From Opitutia bacterium (GTDB lineage Bacteria; Verrucomicrobiota; Verrucomicrobiia; Opitutales; Seribacteraceae), in assembly GCA_002721705.1 (NCBI GenBank), contig PBLJ01000022.1:4482-68481 (forward strand): a DNA stretch of 64,000 nt. Reading direction: 5' to 3'. A model generated the notes under the pieces. It did not search any database, was not told the DNA's origin, and worked only from the letters and a program-made list of their open reading frames with translations. Below, piece by piece: positions 9,269 through 18,601 of the stretch (positions within the stretch are counted from its first letter, which is position 1; the number at the start of each line of letters is the position of its first letter). Made by a program: the position numbers and the translations under genes.

Positions 9269-12200
9269 ATGAACCGATCAATCCTACGCAAAACTCTACT
9301 AATCGGCCTGCTTTCATTCTGGTCGATCAACGCCACGAACGGACAAGACGCCGTCGACGAAGTTTCGCGGCAAGCCGCAGACCTCGAGGGACAAATCCGC
9401 AAACTCGACGCTTCTTCCGTCGAAGGAGCAAACACCTTGCTCGCTCTGGTGGACCTATATCATACCAATGCACGGGCATTTGGCCTCATTCGAGCTGGCA
9501 AGGCCTTCGTGAAGGTCCATAGGGATCACCCCAGGCACAAGGAAATCATGCTGAAACTGCTGGACGGCCACCTGCTTGTTTCCCGCAACGAGGACATCGT
9601 CTCCACCGCCCGTCAATTTCTCGAGTTTTACCCAAAGGATGCAACCGCCCCGCAAGTAGCCCGGGAACTAGGTCAGGTCTTGGAACGCCAAAACAAGAAA
9701 ATGGAGGCAGCCAAGGCTTTCGAAAGGGCTTGGAGACTCTCCGGCATGAAAGACCTCACAAGTGGCTTGCAGGCCGTGCGTCACTTCGGTGTCTCCGGTG
9801 CAGAGGGAGCCAAGGAATGCGGTCGCCTTGCCCTTGAAATGCTGGACAAGGTGAATGGCCCCGTGGCGAGTGACCTAGGAAAGTATGCCTTCGACCGATG
9901 CGCGGAGCGCGATTGGGATAGAAAAGGAGCCATCGCCATCGGTGAAAAGCTTCTCCAAAGAAACTTGGTCCGGGATGCAAAGGGCAAAGCGGAAATTCAC
10001 TACGAAATCGCCGAGGCATTGTGGGGTACTGGGCAACGAGTGAACGCCGTCACCCACTTCCGCCGCGCCTGGGAACACCAAAGGGACAACGAATCCTACC
10101 TGCAACAATTGATTGCCCGCTCCTATGACAGTGGAGCCAAGGGTGGTCAGCTCAAGCCTTTCGTGGACGAGTACAAGAAACGTTTCTCGGGAAACCGCAA
10201 GTACCTGGGAATGGCCTTGTCGAACTTGGCTCACGCCTATGCTCGCGAAAAGCAAATGGAAACGGCCCTGAGCGCCGCGCTGGAGGCCATGATTCATGCT
10301 CCTGGCTACCGGGACGTTGCGTCGTACTACGTCCGCTGGTTGAACGAACTGGACAAAAACAGGCTCCCCGAAGCCGAACGGAACCTGCGTGAAGCGTTGG
10401 GCAAAACCCTACCGGAAAGACAGTTCGTAATTCGTTACGCCTTGGCCTTCGATCTATATCGGGATCGGCTCAAGGACGTAAATCGCGCCCGCGCGGAAAT
10501 CCGCCAAATGCTGCGACAACCTCCTACGAACGAAAGCAAGATCAACGCAGCCCTGAGTTGGTACCTGACCTCCGCTCCCGATGAGGGAACTTTCCGTCGC
10601 GATGCCGAGGAACTGGCAAAGTTCGCAGAGGCAAACGGTCACCTCTCTCATTTGAGGACTTGGTTGCAGGATTGGGCGAAGGGAACGGGGAGCGCGGATT
10701 TGGAGAAGGCAAACCGCAAGTGGTTTCGTCAGCGTATCAAGAACCTGAACAATCATCCTGAAGTGGCTGAATGGATCGCTTTCGACAAGGCGATTGGTTC
10801 CAACAAGCCGAAATCATTCATTTCTCTATCAAGGAAACTGAACAGCGAGCAAAAATTCGTACGCTTTCACTACGAACTCGGTTACGATTACCGCCACCAT
10901 GCCGGCAACAAGGACAGGGCCTTGGCCATCTCTCATTTCAAGGATTTGGCCAAGCGTTTCCCCAAGGACGCCACCAGGGCCTCCGACTGGTTGGAAGCTA
11001 CCCGCTACGGCAACGCAGGCGACCGCGTGGAAGCCGTCCGTCACTTGCTCCAGGCCGACCCCGTCGACGATGCGAGCCGCTGGCATGAAGCCTACCGGAC
11101 CGCTCAGGAAGCGGAGGACGATAATTTGCTTCGCCAAGTCCACCAGTACGTAGCCAAAGCCGAGGAGCTATTCGGGAACACCGTCTCTCATCTCAGCAGC
11201 AACGCCACCATACTACTGGACCGCAAAATGATCGCCGAGGCCGACGACTACTTGAAACGCCATGTTGGCGCGGACCCGAACAACGCCGAGTTCCGTAACG
11301 CGATCCACATTCGTCTGCGCGATGCGGATGAAAATGCAAAAGCTCGGGAGTTCGACAAATGGCGCAAGATGGAGAACGACCAGCACGCCGCTTTTGCCTC
11401 CGACTATGCGGCAATACTTTTTGCAAAAAAGGACTGGAATAATTTCATCCGGGTTCTCAAGGAAGCTCGCGACCGTCAGGATCAGCGTCCGTATCGCAGT
11501 TTCACCATGGATGCGTCCAAGCTGAATGGCTGGATCTCCAGCGTCCGTAACGACAACGAGCTTACCGATGTGGACAAGGCCCGGCTGCTACGGTCCCTCG
11601 CTGACGTCGATCTCTGGAATTATTCCCTGCAAGCCACCTTGGCCTTGTTGCAAATCGACTCCCAAAAACCAAAGACGGAAGTGGAACGGCTCAAGGCCAT
11701 GAGGGCCGCCCTCCTGCGCGCGGACAACAGCACGCACGGGTGGAACATTGGCATGGCGTTCGCGCAAGCCGCGCTCACGGCGGGTGACCATGCGGGTGCC
11801 GCCACCCTGATCACCTCCGCCCAGGCCTATGCGAACAACGTGCCAGCCACTTACCAAGACAAAGGTCGCAGCTTGCTCGCCCAAGCTTATTCAAGGATCG
11901 GCGGCATCGGCATGACCATCGACAAGGACAGCCCGCTTGCTCCGCTCATGGAAATACTCCTGCAACTACGGTTGGGTGACAACGACCGGGCCCTCGAATC
12001 CTACTTGGCCAACCGAAAGTTATTCGACAAGCACAGGGATGAAATACCAATGGAGCTTCTCCTCTTCGCCGCCGAAACCCACGTCGCAGCCAGTGGAGAC
12101 GAAAACCACGAGAGAGTGGAGGACATGCTCGCCATGTGGTTGGTGAAAAATGGGGAATCGAAGAATTTCGAGGATGAGGAAAAAGCGGAAGTTCGCCTGC

Positions 12201-15200
12201 TCATGGCTCGCAATTACTTCAAATGGTTGCGTTTCGACGCTGCCCGCAGCGAGTTCACGACCGTGAAGAATTCATTCCCCGAGGGACCGCAGGCAATTGA
12301 GGCCGACTTTGGCATTGGAGAAACCTTCATGGAGCAGAAAAACTATGGGAAGGCCGAGGAAGTATTCGACGCCTTGGCCAACAACCGAGACCCCCAAGTA
12401 GTCATCCGAGCCGAGTTCATGCGCGGCCTCTTGGCCAGCCGTCAAGGCGATCGCGATAAAGCTCGAGATATTTTCAGGTCCGTCTTGGAAAGAGTACCGG
12501 ACGTCAAATTGGCCAATGAAACGCTGTACAACTTGGCCGAGGTGTATGGACTCGAACAACGCTTCATGGATCAGCTTCAGCTCCTACGGGCAGTAGGACG
12601 CTTGGGACAAGAATCCAAGCGCTGGCACGAGCCTGGTGTCGCCCTGTCCATCGTGGTTCAAGACAGCGATCTAGGTATCAGTCGTGGCCACACGAGTATT
12701 CCCGTGAACGTACGTACGGAACCTGGCGGCGACGCTGAAAAGGTCAACCTGATCAGTGGTGGCGCAGGCAAAGGCTTGTTCATGGCGGAAATACCCACCG
12801 CCTTGGGCGTAGTGGCCGAGGGAGATCGCGTGCTTCAACTGAAGGGCGGCGACAAGGTCACGGTCGACTACCCCGAGGAATTCAAGAAGGAATTCCGGTT
12901 TCATATGCTGGGCACCAACGAAATTCACGTCGCGGCCGACGCCACCTTCGCAGCCGCCAGCAGCTTGGTCATCGAGGAAGAGGATGGCGAAACGACCTTC
13001 ACGGAGGAATTGGTGGAAAAGGAAAAGGAAGAAGTAAAACTTGTGTCCGAGGGTCGTCCCTCCAACCAGATAAAACCTGGCAACTTCATCTACCTGCGCG
13101 TACAGGATTTCGATCGCGACCTTAGTGACGAAGCCGACAAGGCATTGGTTAAACTGGAGGCTAACAGCGGTGACGAGGTAACGGTGGAGCTTTTGGAAAC
13201 CGGTCCTAGCACCGGTGTTTTTCTGGGCAAAGCGAAGACCGGCGAACTTCCGGCAGGAGCCTTGGCCAGCGACGTTTCGATCGACAGTAGCCCTCTCATG
13301 GCAATCGACAAGGATGCCGATTCCTCCTGGGTGAGCGAACCCGACGGTTCCGCTCCCAAGTCCCTCACCGTAGACCTCAAGGACGTTTACGACGTCACGG
13401 AGGTCAAGCTGCATTCCCCGGAGCAACCGAAGCCGTCGGCGACTTGGACCTATCAGGATGAAAAGGGTCGAGATCTCGCCCTCAGCTTGCAAGCGGATGG
13501 CAACTTCGAAGCAAAGACCGGAGAGGAAGTAACCAAGGGAAAATGGAGCTACGAAGGCACCAATGATCACTTTACTCTCACGCCTGCGGAAGGCAACGCC
13601 ACCATCTTCACCTTCAATTACCAAAACGGTCGTTTCGAAAAAGAAGCCAATGGCAGTCCGCATCTTCGAGACGGACGACTCGAGCCAGCCAACCAATCAC
13701 CCGTGCGAATACGGATGAAAGGCAGCCATGATGGGCGCTTCTGGTACGAGCTAGCTCGCTGGCCGGCGGCTCCGGAGGCGAATGACTTGGGATTCGCCAA
13801 GGGAGCCATGACGCAAAGAACCTACCTTGCTCCAGGCAACGTACACTTCCATGACTGGAACACCTTGACCGATCGCCTGAAAAAGGGCGAACCGATCGAA
13901 AAGATGGAAGTGGACAAGCTGGAATGGTCACTTGCCCCTGAAATCGAGGAGGCCGGTGGGAAAGGAGCCAAGACGCCGCGCGTAATTATCTGGTCGGGGC
14001 TCTATGCCCAGCATGAGGCTGGTGCCTCCCGCTTCAACGTAAGCGCAGACAACGCTGCCATTATGGTGAATGGGAAACTCGTACTCGCAAGCGACGCAAA
14101 GACGGCTCGTAAGTCACGATCAGTCGACGTTTACCTCGAAGCGGGCTCCCACGAGCTCACCGTGATTGCCTACGTAAACAACCTGAAACAGGGAGCCAGC
14201 GCGCAACGCGCCAGGGAAAACCCGAACGTCGAACAGGTCGCCATGGGTTCTTTTCGCCCCGATGACTTCGGCGAGGTCGTGAAGCAAGCAGGCGCCGCAA
14301 AGGAGGACAAGGATATCGTTGAGGTGATTCAGAAGGGATCCAGCTGGACCTTCTCCACACCCTCCGCTCACGTGCGTCACGTTCAGTTTGTTTTCAACGA
14401 ATTCATCGGCCAGTCGCTCGCCGTCAACCAAGTGACGATCAAGGAAGGCGACAAGGTTCTCGTACCTACGGAAGCCGACGTTCTCGAGATGGCCGAGAAC
14501 GACGTGCTCGAAATCAATGCGGGTGACTTGGTGACCGCCAGTTACCTGGATGAATTCGCCCGCGACGGACGCAAGAACCGCCTCCTTACAAACCAGCTGA
14601 CCGCTACCTATTACAACGCGAGCATCAAGCCCATTGCCTATGAATTCAGCAAAACCGGCAACGGAGCCATCCAGCAGCAAGTCAAGGACTTGATGAGGAT
14701 AGACCCGGGCGAAAGAATCGTCCTCGAAGTGACCGACTACGACATGGACGTATCTTCCGAAGTAGACAAAATCGCGGTTCAATTCGTCCTCAACAACGAC
14801 GAACCTGTAGATGGAGTAGCCGTCGAAACAGGAGAAAATACGGGTATTTTCAGGACGCAGATCGATACCGCGTCCGAGCCTCAGGAAGTGAAGGAAGGGG
14901 AAGCTCCTAAACTAGTGGTCAAGCAAGGTGATCGCGTGAATCTTAGCTACGTCGACCCGCAAAACACCTTTCCGGGGCATTCCCACGCACGCAAGGCAGT
15001 GGTCTTCGTCCGTGAACCCACGGAAGGATCCGTTCGGATCATCGAGACCAGGCATATTCGCGAAGTAGGCGGAAGCGCAAAATCCGTTTATCTGCCCAAG
15101 TCGGAAGAAGCTCCAGAAGTGGTCGGCTTTGCTTACGAGATGCCGCTGACGGTGGAAGTCATTGATCCCGACGCGGCCAAGGACAGTTTGTCCACCACCC

Positions 15201-16798
15201 GCGTTACCGTTGAGGTTGGGGAAGGTAACGCCACCCGCAAAGTGGAACTGGAGTGCCAGCTTTCATCGAGTTTCGGCGAATCAACTACCGCCCCGGACGG
15301 CTTTGGCAATTGGCCGCTTTACGAAGGCCGTTTCATAGGGCAAGTGCTGTTGCATCTCGGTGGGCCCAAGAGCCCGTCGGTGATACCCGTGGACGAAGGC
15401 GGCCCGAAAGGCCTGTCAGGTCGCGTCTTGCCTCCGGAGGGCGCCGAGGAGGAAGAGGAATCGGACTTGACCGTGCGGGTATTGAATCTATCGGGCGCCG
15501 ACGTTGCAACCTCCTCTTATCGGGACGAGTTGGTCCCCGACGGAAATGGCACCTTGCGTTTCGCAAAAGGGAAAATGATCGCTGATGGTGAAATCGTGAT
15601 CACCGATCCTGAATACATGGAACCCGCCGAACTTCTTTACGTCGGCGAGAAGGTTTATTTACGGGTCATCGATCCCGATCGAGACGTTTCGGACGACCGC
15701 GACTTGGTAAAAGTGAAAATCGAAACCAAACTGGGCGAGGAAGAAACCGTCAGTCTGGAGGAAACCCTTGGTCACAGCGGGTTGTTCACCGGGTCTTTCC
15801 GCTTGGATGCGAAGGAGAATCCCACCGCAGGCAACCTGGATGAAAACAGGTCCATTGAAACCTTTTTCGGAGACCTGTTCGCCGCCACCTACGTCGATCC
15901 CACGGCCAACACCTTGGAAGGAAATCGGGAATTGACCGTTGAAAGCGCGGTGTCGATCGGGGCGGATGGCATCGTCTCGTCCTTCAGCAAGATTTTCGCG
16001 GAAGAGGAATTGGCCGTCCGTACACAATTCCACGTTGCCGAAAGTTATTTCGAACTGTTCAAAAGTCATCGCAAACTGGGCCGGAACGAAGAAGCCGAGC
16101 GTGACTTGGAAAACGGCCGTCTCTCGCTCAAGCAGTTGGTGGAGGATTACCCGGATCCGAAATACGCCCCCCGCGTAAATTACCTTTTGGGCCAATTCTC
16201 TCAGGAACTGCAACAATGGAGCGAAGCCATCGAGGCCTATGAAAACATTGTCCGCAACTTCCCGGAGCACCCACTTGCTGCCGACGCCCAATATAAGTTA
16301 GCCCAAGCTTATGAGGAAGCGAAGCGTTTCGACGACGCCCTCGAGGCATACGTCACGCTCGCCTCCACCTACCCCAGGAGCCCACTCATCGCCAATGCCA
16401 TGATTCGCATCAATGAATATTTTTATCGAAGCGAGAATTTCGTCATAGCGGAGCAAGTCGGCATTAAATTCGTTGAACGCTTTGACTCTCATCAATGGGC
16501 CCCGAAAATGGCTTTTCGCGTCGGCCAGTGCCGTTACAAGTCCGAGAAATTCGTGGATGCGGCATCCGCCTTCGACGATTTCGTGAAAAAGTTTCCCGAT
16601 GACAAACTATGCTCGGAAGCCCTGTTCTGGAGCGGTGAAAGTTATCGCATGGGGAAAAATGACTCCCTTGCTTTCCAGCGCTACAACCGCTGCCGCTGGG
16701 ACTATCCTGAAAGTGATGCGGCGAAGTATTCGCGGGGTCGCCTCGCTTTGCCGGAAATGCTCAAGCAATTCGAAAGCAATGCCGAGCTCGAGGAGTGA
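9269..16798 (+). CDS. Giant (2509 aa) secreted protein: about 1100-aa alpha-solenoid/TPR, five beta-module repeats with nested discoidin-like and PA14-like inserts, and C-terminal BamD/YbgF-type TPR
   Basis: Single uninterrupted 7.5-kb ORF with a signal peptide (MNRSILRKTLLIGLLSFWSINATNG). Repeats have the form [IV]xLxVxDxDxD...ETGxxxGxF...GDxVxxxYxD at about 12641-12870, 13082-13250, 14710-14965, 15146-15530 and 15649-15905. A discoidin-like segment is DSSWVSEPDGSAPKSLTVDLKDVYDVTEVKLH. A PA14-like segment is VIIWSGLYAQHEAGASRFNVSADNAAIMVNGKLVL...VYLEAGSHELTVIAYVNN. C-terminal TPRs include YPDPKYAPRVNYLLGQ, FPEHPLAADAQYKLAQAY and YPRSPLIANAMIRINEYF. Confidence 0.85.
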   Translation: MNRSILRKTLLIGLLSFWSINATNGQDAVDEVSRQAADLEGQIRKLDASSVEGANTLLALVDLYHTNARAFGLIRAGKAFVKVHRDHPRHKEIMLKLLDGHLLVSRNEDIVSTARQFLEFYPKDATAPQVARELGQVLERQNKKMEAAKAFERAWRLSGMKDLTSGLQAVRHFGVSGAEGAKECGRLALEMLDKVNGPVASDLGKYAFDRCAERDWDRKGAIAIGEKLLQRNLVRDAKGKAEIHYEIAEALWGTGQRVNAVTHFRRAWEHQRDNESYLQQLIARSYDSGAKGGQLKPFVDEYKKRFSGNRKYLGMALSNLAHAYAREKQMETALSAALEAMIHAPGYRDVASYYVRWLNELDKNRLPEAERNLREALGKTLPERQFVIRYALAFDLYRDRLKDVNRARAEIRQMLRQPPTNESKINAALSWYLTSAPDEGTFRRDAEELAKFAEANGHLSHLRTWLQDWAKGTGSADLEKANRKWFRQRIKNLNNHPEVAEWIAFDKAIGSNKPKSFISLSRKLNSEQKFVRFHYELGYDYRHHAGNKDRALAISHFKDLAKRFPKDATRASDWLEATRYGNAGDRVEAVRHLLQADPVDDASRWHEAYRTAQEAEDDNLLRQVHQYVAKAEELFGNTVSHLSSNATILLDRKMIAEADDYLKRHVGADPNNAEFRNAIHIRLRDADENAKAREFDKWRKMENDQHAAFASDYAAILFAKKDWNNFIRVLKEARDRQDQRPYRSFTMDASKLNGWISSVRNDNELTDVDKARLLRSLADVDLWNYSLQATLALLQIDSQKPKTEVERLKAMRAALLRADNSTHGWNIGMAFAQAALTAGDHAGAATLITSAQAYANNVPATYQDKGRSLLAQAYSRIGGIGMTIDKDSPLAPLMEILLQLRLGDNDRALESYLANRKLFDKHRDEIPMELLLFAAETHVAASGDENHERVEDMLAMWLVKNGESKNFEDEEKAEVRLLMARNYFKWLRFDAARSEFTTVKNSFPEGPQAIEADFGIGETFMEQKNYGKAEEVFDALANNRDPQVVIRAEFMRGLLASRQGDRDKARDIFRSVLERVPDVKLANETLYNLAEVYGLEQRFMDQLQLLRAVGRLGQESKRWHEPGVALSIVVQDSDLGISRGHTSIPVNVRTEPGGDAEKVNLISGGAGKGLFMAEIPTALGVVAEGDRVLQLKGGDKVTVDYPEEFKKEFRFHMLGTNEIHVAADATFAAASSLVIEEEDGETTFTEELVEKEKEEVKLVSEGRPSNQIKPGNFIYLRVQDFDRDLSDEADKALVKLEANSGDEVTVELLETGPSTGVFLGKAKTGELPAGALASDVSIDSSPLMAIDKDADSSWVSEPDGSAPKSLTVDLKDVYDVTEVKLHSPEQPKPSATWTYQDEKGRDLALSLQADGNFEAKTGEEVTKGKWSYEGTNDHFTLTPAEGNATIFTFNYQNGRFEKEANGSPHLRDGRLEPANQSPVRIRMKGSHDGRFWYELARWPAAPEANDLGFAKGAMTQRTYLAPGNVHFHDWNTLTDRLKKGEPIEKMEVDKLEWSLAPEIEEAGGKGAKTPRVIIWSGLYAQHEAGASRFNVSADNAAIMVNGKLVLASDAKTARKSRSVDVYLEAGSHELTVIAYVNNLKQGASAQRARENPNVEQVAMGSFRPDDFGEVVKQAGAAKEDKDIVEVIQKGSSWTFSTPSAHVRHVQFVFNEFIGQSLAVNQVTIKEGDKVLVPTEADVLEMAENDVLEINAGDLVTASYLDEFARDGRKNRLLTNQLTATYYNASIKPIAYEFSKTGNGAIQQQVKDLMRIDPGERIVLEVTDYDMDVSSEVDKIAVQFVLNNDEPVDGVAVETGENTGIFRTQIDTASEPQEVKEGEAPKLVVKQGDRVNLSYVDPQNTFPGHSHARKAVVFVREPTEGSVRIIETRHIREVGGSAKSVYLPKSEEAPEVVGFAYEMPLTVEVIDPDAAKDSLSTTRVTVEVGEGNATRKVELECQLSSSFGESTTAPDGFGNWPLYEGRFIGQVLLHLGGPKSPSVIPVDEGGPKGLSGRVLPPEGAEEEEESDLTVRVLNLSGADVATSSYRDELVPDGNGTLRFAKGKMIADGEIVITDPEYMEPAELLYVGEKVYLRVIDPDRDVSDDRDLVKVKIETKLGEEETVSLEETLGHSGLFTGSFRLDAKENPTAGNLDENRSIETFFGDLFAATYVDPTANTLEGNRELTVESAVSIGADGIVSSFSKIFAEEELAVRTQFHVAESYFELFKSHRKLGRNEEAERDLENGRLSLKQLVEDYPDPKYAPRVNYLLGQFSQELQQWSEAIEAYENIVRNFPEHPLAADAQYKLAQAYEEAKRFDDALEAYVTLASTYPRSPLIANAMIRINEYFYRSENFVIAEQVGIKFVERFDSHQWAPKMAFRVGQCRYKSEKFVDAASAFDDFVKKFPDDKLCSEALFWSGESYRMGKNDSLAFQRYNRCRWDYPESDAAKYSRGRLALPEMLKQFESNAELEE

Positions 16799-16825
16799 GG
16801 TGACACCCATAGTATTTCATCCATC

Positions 16826-17701
16826 ATGAAAATTCCCTCACTCAAAACGGCCTTGTGGCCATTCTTGTTCGTCCAAGTGGCCCATGCTCAGGAAGGCGAG
16901 AAAACAGACGCAGCGGAACAAGCGGAGGACCCTTCCTGGCTGGAAGGCGTGATGAACGAGGGAGCCATCAAGCTTCTCTTGGACGGAGGCTTCTTCATGT
17001 GGCCTCTGCTTATCTTGGCTATCGTGGGCCTTGCCGTGGTAATCGAACGCTGGCGCAGCTTGAAAATGCTGAACGCGGATGGCGAAGCCCTGCGGCAACA
17101 AGTCATCGACTTGCTCTCCGAAGACAAACCCGAGGAGGCCCTCGAGCTATGCGAGAGGGAAAGAGGTCCCGTGGCCGCCATGCTGGCCAATGGTTTGCGG
17201 AAATACCTAGTGCTCCAAAAACTCGGGCACGACCAAGCCCAAATCGAGGAACAAGTCGTCAAGAGCATGGAAAACTACGGCGTGCACGTGGTGGCCGCCT
17301 TGGAGAGGCATTTGCCGATCCTGGCCACCATATCAAGCGTGGCTCCCATGCTGGGCTTTCTCGGCACCGTTCAGGGAATGATCGTGGCCTTCGCCGAGAT
17401 CGTGGATACAATAGGAGAACAAAACATCGTGGAAGCCGCCGCTTCCGGGATTCAAGTCGCCCTGTTGACCACCTGCTTCGGACTTATCGTCGGGATACCA
17501 GCCTATCTCTTCTTCAACTACTTCACCAGTATCATCAACGGCTTCGTGCTCGAGGTCGAGGGCACCGCGGCGGAATTGATCGAGGTAGTCACCATCCGCC
17601 TCACCTTGGACAGGCACGAGGAAAATGCCACCCCGGCAAAGAAACCCGCAGCCCTTAAACGCACCGCTCCCAAGAAAAAGAACACGAACACCAAGGAATG
17701 A
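16826..17701 (+). CDS. exbB: MotA/TolQ/ExbB-family proton channel
   Basis: 291 aa. N-terminal signal-like segment followed by FFMWPLLILAIVGLAVVIERW. Core family motif ISSVAPMLGFLGTVQGMIVAFAEI ... GIQVALLTTCFGLIVGIPAYLFFNYF. Lys-rich C-terminal tail. Lies 27 nt after the giant gene; its stop overlaps the next start (ATGA). Confidence 0.9.
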   Translation: MKIPSLKTALWPFLFVQVAHAQEGEKTDAAEQAEDPSWLEGVMNEGAIKLLLDGGFFMWPLLILAIVGLAVVIERWRSLKMLNADGEALRQQVIDLLSEDKPEEALELCERERGPVAAMLANGLRKYLVLQKLGHDQAQIEEQVVKSMENYGVHVVAALERHLPILATISSVAPMLGFLGTVQGMIVAFAEIVDTIGEQNIVEAAASGIQVALLTTCFGLIVGIPAYLFFNYFTSIINGFVLEVEGTAAELIEVVTIRLTLDRHEENATPAKKPAALKRTAPKKKNTNTKE

Positions 17702-18114
17702 AACTCAAGCGCAACAAACTGCTTGTTGAGCCGCCCGCGGGGGCGTCGAGTGACATTGCTTTCATATTGATCGTCTTCTTTCTCGTATGCGCCTCGGTGG
17801 AACCGGAGCAAGGACGCTCGCAGAACCTTCCCAACGACGACAAGGAGCAAAAGGAACAAGCCGAAGTTCCGGAAGTGAAATTGATGCCCAACGTGGTCCT
17901 GCTGGACGGGGTGGAAATGCCCAAGTCCAAACTGCAAAATAAATTGACCCAGAGGTTTGCTCAAAAAGAAGGAAAGGCGAACCGGATAGTCTCTCTGAAT
18001 GCAGACCCGGCGGTGCGATATGACCGCTGGATCGAATACACCTCCATGATCGAGACAGCGGGAGGCACCATAACTTTGCAAATCGAGGAAACCAAAACGA
18101 AAGTCGTCGACTGA
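17698..18114 (+). CDS. exbD: ExbD/TolR-family biopolymer transport protein 1
   Basis: 138 aa. The N-terminal TM segment contains the conserved Asp (GASSDIAFILIVFFLVCAS), followed by a periplasmic domain of typical size. ATGA overlap with exbB. Confidence 0.85.
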   Translation: MKLKRNKLLVEPPAGASSDIAFILIVFFLVCASVEPEQGRSQNLPNDDKEQKEQAEVPEVKLMPNVVLLDGVEMPKSKLQNKLTQRFAQKEGKANRIVSLNADPAVRYDRWIEYTSMIETAGGTITLQIEETKTKVVD

Positions 18115-18121
18115 ACCAGCG

Positions 18122-18550
18122 ATGAAGATTCCCAAGCGTAGCTTCGAAGCATCGGTGCCGTCCATGGCGATGGGCGACATCGCCTTCCTGCTGCTTATCT
18201 TCTTCGTCATACTAGCCAGGGCCCAGGACGACAGTCATCTCAAGTGGCAACCCGCGAAAGCCGAGGAACTCGAACAAGCCAAGCACCACAAGGCGAGTGT
18301 GGTCATCGACGTGGGCAACAAGTATTACTTGAACGGCAAGGAGCTCGAGAACCCTAGTCAGAAGGGCAAGTTGGACAAGAAGGACTTGACCAACAAATTG
18401 AAGGTTTTGTTGGGAGAGGCCAAGGAGGACCGCACCGTGCTCCTGAAAGTGCACAAGGAAACCAAAGCCGAACGTTTCGAGCCCGTAATCGAGGCGATCA
18501 GCGCCGCAGGCGCCGAAATCCACCATGTCCTCGAACAAGAAAACAACTAG
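18122..18550 (+). CDS. exbD: ExbD/TolR-family biopolymer transport protein 2
   Basis: 142 aa. The TM segment contains the conserved Asp (MAMGDIAFLLLIFFVILA); ...TVLLKVHKETKAERFEPVIEAISAAG is typical of the ExbD C-terminal domain. Lies 7 nt after exbD1. Confidence 0.85.
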   Translation: MKIPKRSFEASVPSMAMGDIAFLLLIFFVILARAQDDSHLKWQPAKAEELEQAKHHKASVVIDVGNKYYLNGKELENPSQKGKLDKKDLTNKLKVLLGEAKEDRTVLLKVHKETKAERFEPVIEAISAAGAEIHHVLEQENN

Positions 18551-18601
18551 CGATCTACAAACGACGACAAGATTTCCAATCAAACAAGAGAACACGTAGC
18601 C

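Noticed and set aside
12671-13696. 341-aa minus-strand ORF inside the giant gene. Similar long antisense or out-of-frame ORFs are 4540-5325, 14120-14782, 15659-16291, 16855-17658, 20802-21893, 27919-28842, 32177-33247, 33993-35078, 42185-43249 and 57414-58070.
   Set aside because: All lie entirely within ORFs that have strong family motifs on the other strand or frame. Their translations are low-complexity, Arg/Gly/Val-rich and motif-free. These are typical shadow ORFs of moderately GC-rich DNA.
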